This document shows positions 60,956-64,000 of a DNA stretch of 64,000 nucleotides, piece by piece. A program made the position numbers and the translations under genes. The notes beneath the pieces are model-generated. The model was given only the letters and a program-made list of their open reading frames with translations. It did not search any database and had not been told where the DNA came from. How positions within the stretch are numbered: position 1 is the first letter of the stretch; every line of letters starts with the position of its first letter. The DNA is from an uncultured Bacteroidales bacterium. GTDB taxonomy: Bacteria > Bacteroidota > Bacteroidia > Bacteroidales > Muribaculaceae. Where the stretch lies: NCBI GenBank assembly GCA_902772965.1, contig CACYCT010000081.1:3076-67075 (forward strand), given 5' to 3'.

Positions 60956-61633
60956 ATGAAATACAATTTTCCCACCGACGACGATTTCTACAACGACTTC
61001 GCCGCCATAAAAACCTGCCACGGCAACACCGCCGAAATCATAGCGCTTTACCGGCAATCGTCAGCCACCGACACCGACCTGTTCGGACAATCCCTGATCG
61101 ACCGCTTCCCGGAACGCACCATCGCCGTCGTGGCCAATCCCCAAACCGCGCTTCTGGCCGCTCTGGAACGGCCCAGATACAGAAATGAGGAAATCCTCTG
61201 GGTCGCCACCTGCAACGAAATGCTCACCGAAGACCACCTCGCTCCGCTGTTGCACCGCAAGATTGACTTCTGGCCCACCGCCCGACAATTCAACCAATGG
61301 GAGCATCTGGTCTACCTCATCGACACCAATTACCTGAGTTTCTTCAAATACACATATGTGTGCGACGTATTCGTAACCTTCCAAGCGTATGCCGACCGGT
61401 TCGCTCCGCAATTCGCACGCTTGGCCAAGCCTGACGCCGACATAAGTACGGTATTGTCGCTACCGGACTTGTTGAGACAGTTGTTTTTCAGCACCATCTT
61501 CTCGTGTCTGCGCACTCACTTTCTGAGTTGCACCTGTCGAATGACTTGGTTTGAGCGGTTAATGCTCATGTCGGAAGCCCAAATAGCCTATGAGCAATTC
61601 CGTCTCGAAGCGCTGGTGCCTTTCACCGATTAA
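60956..61633 (+). CDS. Hypothetical 225-aa protein (orphan; faint degenerate Toprim-like pattern)
   Basis: Start set at MKYNFPTDDDF, since the upstream extension in the track reads through the repeat array. No confident family. ERTIAVVANPQTALLAA...ILWVAT...KIDFWPTARQFNQW faintly recalls Toprim-like domains next to AAA_25 genes in Bacteroidales, but lacks the acidic catalytic residues. Confidence 0.6.
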   Translation: MKYNFPTDDDFYNDFAAIKTCHGNTAEIIALYRQSSATDTDLFGQSLIDRFPERTIAVVANPQTALLAALERPRYRNEEILWVATCNEMLTEDHLAPLLHRKIDFWPTARQFNQWEHLVYLIDTNYLSFFKYTYVCDVFVTFQAYADRFAPQFARLAKPDADISTVLSLPDLLRQLFFSTIFSCLRTHFLSCTCRMTWFERLMLMSEAQIAYEQFRLEALVPFTD

Positions 61634-61740
61634 CAACCGGCTCCCGAACCTAAGCCCGAGCCGAAACCCGCGAGGAAGTATCTCCCTCGCCGGAAAGCCG
61701 TTTTGCCCGATGGCACCACTCCGGTCGGAAGGTGACACGT

Positions 61741-61826
61741 GGAACAGCGGAACAAGTGGAACACACGGAACAGCGGAACAAGTGGAACACACGGAATAGC
61801 GGAACAAGTGGAACACACGGAACATC
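61741..61826 (-). repeat. Array 4: 10 tandem units (GGAAC on the plus strand) with a 26-bp higher-order repeat x3
   Basis: (ggaacagc ggaacaagt ggaacacac) x3, with one GGAAT variant, plus ggaacatc. It is inverted relative to arrays 1 and 3 and ends 23 nt before the aguB stop codon. Confidence 0.95.
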
Positions 61827-61849
61827 AACCTCAATCGAGGCGGGCCTGT

Positions 61850-62728
61850 CTAATCTATGAACCGGCGGGTGAGGAATGCGTAATGGTCGATGCGGCGGTC
61901 GCGCAGGAAGGGCCACCAGCGGCGCACGTTCTCACACCGGCGCAGGTCGAGGTCGACAATCTGCTCGGCCTCGGTGTCGGTGGGGGCTTGGTAGAGCAGT
62001 TCGCCCTGCGAGCCGGCGACGAAACTGCTTCCCCAGAATTGTATTCCGCGCGTCTGGGCGGAGGGGTCGGGTTCGTGTCCGACGCGGTTGACGGCCACAA
62101 CGGGCAGTCCGTTGGCCACCGCATGGCCGCGCTGCACGGTAATCCACGCCTCACGCTGCCGCAGTTGTTCGGCCGGGGTGTCGCTCGATTCAAATCCGAT
62201 GGCGGTGGGGTAGATGAGTATCTCGGCTCCGGCGAGTGCCATCAGCCGCGCGGCTTCGGGATACCACTGGTCCCAGCACACCATCACGCCGAGGTGTCCC
62301 ACGGAGGTGTCGATGGGTTGGAAGCCGAGGTCTCCGGGTGTGAAGTAGAATTTCTCGTAATAGGCCGGGTCGTCGGGGATGTGCATTTTGCGGTATTTTC
62401 CGGCGATTGTGCCATCGGTTTCGAAGACTACGGCGGTGTTGTGGTACAGTCCGGCGGCGCGGCGCTCGAAAAGTGAGCTGACCAGCACAATGCCGCACTC
62501 GCGGGCGATGCGGGCGTAGTACTCTGTGGCCGGCCCGTCGGGGATGGGTTCGGCGAGGTTGAAGTTGTCGATCGATTCCACCTGGCAGAAGTAGAGCGAG
62601 TCGTGGAGTTCCTGCAAGACAATCAGTTGCGCTCCGTTTGCGGCGAGCGTGCGGATTTTTTGTTCGAGGCGGGCGCGGTTGTCTTGGATTGAGTCGGTGT
62701 TATGTTGCTGGATGAGTCCGATTTTCAT
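61850..62728 (-). CDS. aguB: N-carbamoylputrescine amidase
   Basis: 292-aa CN-hydrolase (LIVLQELH..., CWDQWYPE catalytic Cys region). Overlaps the aguA stop (ATGA). Confidence 0.9.
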   Translation of the reverse strand: MKIGLIQQHNTDSIQDNRARLEQKIRTLAANGAQLIVLQELHDSLYFCQVESIDNFNLAEPIPDGPATEYYARIARECGIVLVSSLFERRAAGLYHNTAVVFETDGTIAGKYRKMHIPDDPAYYEKFYFTPGDLGFQPIDTSVGHLGVMVCWDQWYPEAARLMALAGAEILIYPTAIGFESSDTPAEQLRQREAWITVQRGHAVANGLPVVAVNRVGHEPDPSAQTRGIQFWGSSFVAGSQGELLYQAPTDTEAEQIVDLDLRRCENVRRWWPFLRDRRIDHYAFLTRRFID

Positions 62729-63750
62729 GGGGCGAGTGTTCCTTGTGTTAGTTGCATGGTGGCGCAGTGCAGCGAACCGTGTTGTTTTATCAGTGGGAGG
62801 CAGTTGATGGAGATTGCGGGACGGCGTGCGGCTTTTTCAAGTATTTCCCGTGCCAGGCTGTCGCGCCGGGGTTGACCGTATGCGGGCACGTAGACGTGCT
62901 TGGGCGTGAGCAGGAAGTTGGCGTAGGTGGCGGGAAGTCGCTGTCCGGTTTCGTCGTATATGTTTTTGGGTGCGGGCAGTTCGAAAACGGTGTAGGGCAC
63001 GCCATCGGCATTCTTGAACGACTTGATTTGCGCGGCCATCTGCCGCATGGCGCTGGCCTCTTTCGAGTTTGGCTGTGCCGTGGTGTGGCATATCGCGTTG
63101 TCGGGCAGGAAGCGTGCGAGGGTGTCGATATGGGAGTCGGTGTCGTCGCCGGGAATGAATCCGTGGTCGAGCCAGAGGATGTTTCTGGCGTTGAGGCATT
63201 GCTTTAATTTCTGTTCGATTTCCTGTTTGCTCAGGACGTTCCGGTTGGGTGACAGTAGGCATTGCGATGTGACCATGACGGTTCCGTTTCCGTCGGATTC
63301 GATGGAGCCGCCTTCGAGCACGAAGTCGAGGTGGTTTTCCATCTGCGCGGCGAGGAGGCCTTTCCGGTGGAGGGTGGAGTTGACCTGGTTGTCGAGATTG
63401 GCGGCGAATTTCATTCCCCATGCGTTGAAGGTGAAGTTGAGCAGTCGGGGATTACCGTTTTCGAGCACGGAGATGGGACCGTAGTCGCGGATCCACGTGT
63501 CGTTGGTCGGGACTTCGATGATGGTGACGTTGTCGGCGTTGATGCCTTTTACGGCGCGCTGAACCGCTTCCCCGCTCGGGGCGACAATGATTATCCGCGG
63601 CTCGTTGGCCATGGCCTTGACGATGTCGCGGTAGCAGCGCTCAATCTCGTTGAGCATCGGCGCCCAGTCGGTGTGTCGATGCGGCCAGGCGAGCAGAATG
63701 CCGTCCTGCTTTTCCCACTCGGCGGGAAAAGACCTGTTGTTGTCTGTCAT
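62725..63750 (-). CDS. aguA: Agmatine deiminase
   Basis: Start set at MTDNNRSFPAEWEKQDGILLAWPH. WIRDYGP, HIDTLARF, and a C-terminal GSLHCATMQ (catalytic Cys) are family hallmarks. Confidence 0.92.
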   Translation of the reverse strand: MTDNNRSFPAEWEKQDGILLAWPHRHTDWAPMLNEIERCYRDIVKAMANEPRIIIVAPSGEAVQRAVKGINADNVTIIEVPTNDTWIRDYGPISVLENGNPRLLNFTFNAWGMKFAANLDNQVNSTLHRKGLLAAQMENHLDFVLEGGSIESDGNGTVMVTSQCLLSPNRNVLSKQEIEQKLKQCLNARNILWLDHGFIPGDDTDSHIDTLARFLPDNAICHTTAQPNSKEASAMRQMAAQIKSFKNADGVPYTVFELPAPKNIYDETGQRLPATYANFLLTPKHVYVPAYGQPRRDSLAREILEKAARRPAISINCLPLIKQHGSLHCATMQLTQGTLAP

Positions 63751-63764
63751 ATGCACATTGTGTT

Positions 63765-64000
63765 CTAAATATCGTTGCCGAACTCGTGATAACTGTCCCA
63801 GATGGAGTCTTGCGATTCGACGATTTCGTTGATGAAGTCGCGGTAGCCGGTTGATGAGCGGTAGCCATGTTCGCGGCACCAGCTTTTATAGTCTGCGGCC
63901 AGGTCGTCGTCGGATTGGAGCAGACGGTGAAATTCCTCATCGAGTTCAGCGGTGTTGCTGAATTGGTCGAGCAGGGTGCGAAGCAGTTCTGATATATCGG
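63765..64000 (-). CDS. Hypothetical protein, 3' end only (5' part beyond the window)
   Basis: Not in the ORF track because it has no start in the window. Hand translation of the minus strand gives an open frame ...DISELLRTLLDQFSNTAELDEEFHRLLQSDDDLAADYKSWCREHGYRSSTGYRDFINEIVESQDSIWDSYHEFGNDI*, with its stop at 63765-63767. No family recognised. Confidence 0.5.
   Translation of the reverse strand, partial: DISELLRTLLDQFSNTAELDEEFHRLLQSDDDLAADYKSWCREHGYRSSTGYRDFINEIVESQDSIWDSYHEFGNDI

Noticed and set aside
59510-61725. A shared ATGGCACC(T/A)C motif near the inner side of array 1 (about 59512) and of array 4 (about 61711).
   Set aside because: Only about 10 nt, in the same (not inverted) orientation, at unequal distances from the arrays. 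It could easily be chance.
59379-61826. The possibility that the repeat arrays are CRISPR arrays.
   Set aside because: Units are only 8-9 bp and directly abut each other with no spacers. No cas genes are present.

Overview
This looks like a Bacteroidota (Bacteroidales-type) chromosomal segment. Support for that: several TAnnTTTG -7 promoter boxes (two with a TTTG -33 box 19 nt upstream), the ruvA-sprA and tsaD-tamB gene neighbourhoods, and T9SS C-terminal sorting tails. All calls rest on reading the ORF translations and the DNA by eye; no BLAST, HMM or structure searches were possible.

Most of the window is ordinary housekeeping sequence, largely on the minus strand:
- Core genes: guaB, clpS-clpA, xerD, ruvA, cinA, tsaD, tamB, nadE, rsmG, a tRNA with a CAU anticodon, and HU.
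- Polyamine genes: nspC and aguB-aguA.
- Peptidases of families S8, S41 and M16, and a TonB-dependent receptor paired with an HMA-domain protein.
- Secretion: the T9SS translocon gene sprA, plus T9SS-type cargo (a 1902-aa LRR protein and an 816-aa peptidoglycan amidase-like protein).

Four loci deserve a second look:
1. 59.3-61.85 kb (most interesting). A two-gene cassette encodes a RecA/DnaB-like P-loop ATPase with a C-terminal HTH and an orphan ORF. It is bracketed and partitioned by four arrays of 8-9-bp GTTCC repeats, about 37 copies in opposed orientations. It sits between a dCMP deaminase gene and aguB, and no integrase or transposase is visible. The geometry is iteron-, centromere- or operator-like.
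2. 22.66-24.56 kb. A visibly AT-richer islet lies between clpS and xerD. It carries rhuM flanked by two copies of the same 17-codon gene tail, plus a 217-aa ORF that keeps only the N-terminus of a PLD/helicase-type protein and a short C-terminal tail.
3. 1109-1282 and 7662-7835. A 174-bp direct repeat (T9SS sorting tail plus terminator, 5 mismatches) brackets the giant LRR gene.
4. 12815-12865. Two perfect 19-bp palindromes sit on the promoter of a DUF4143-type ATPase gene.

Dockerin-like modules also occur on an LRR protein and on the S8 protease.
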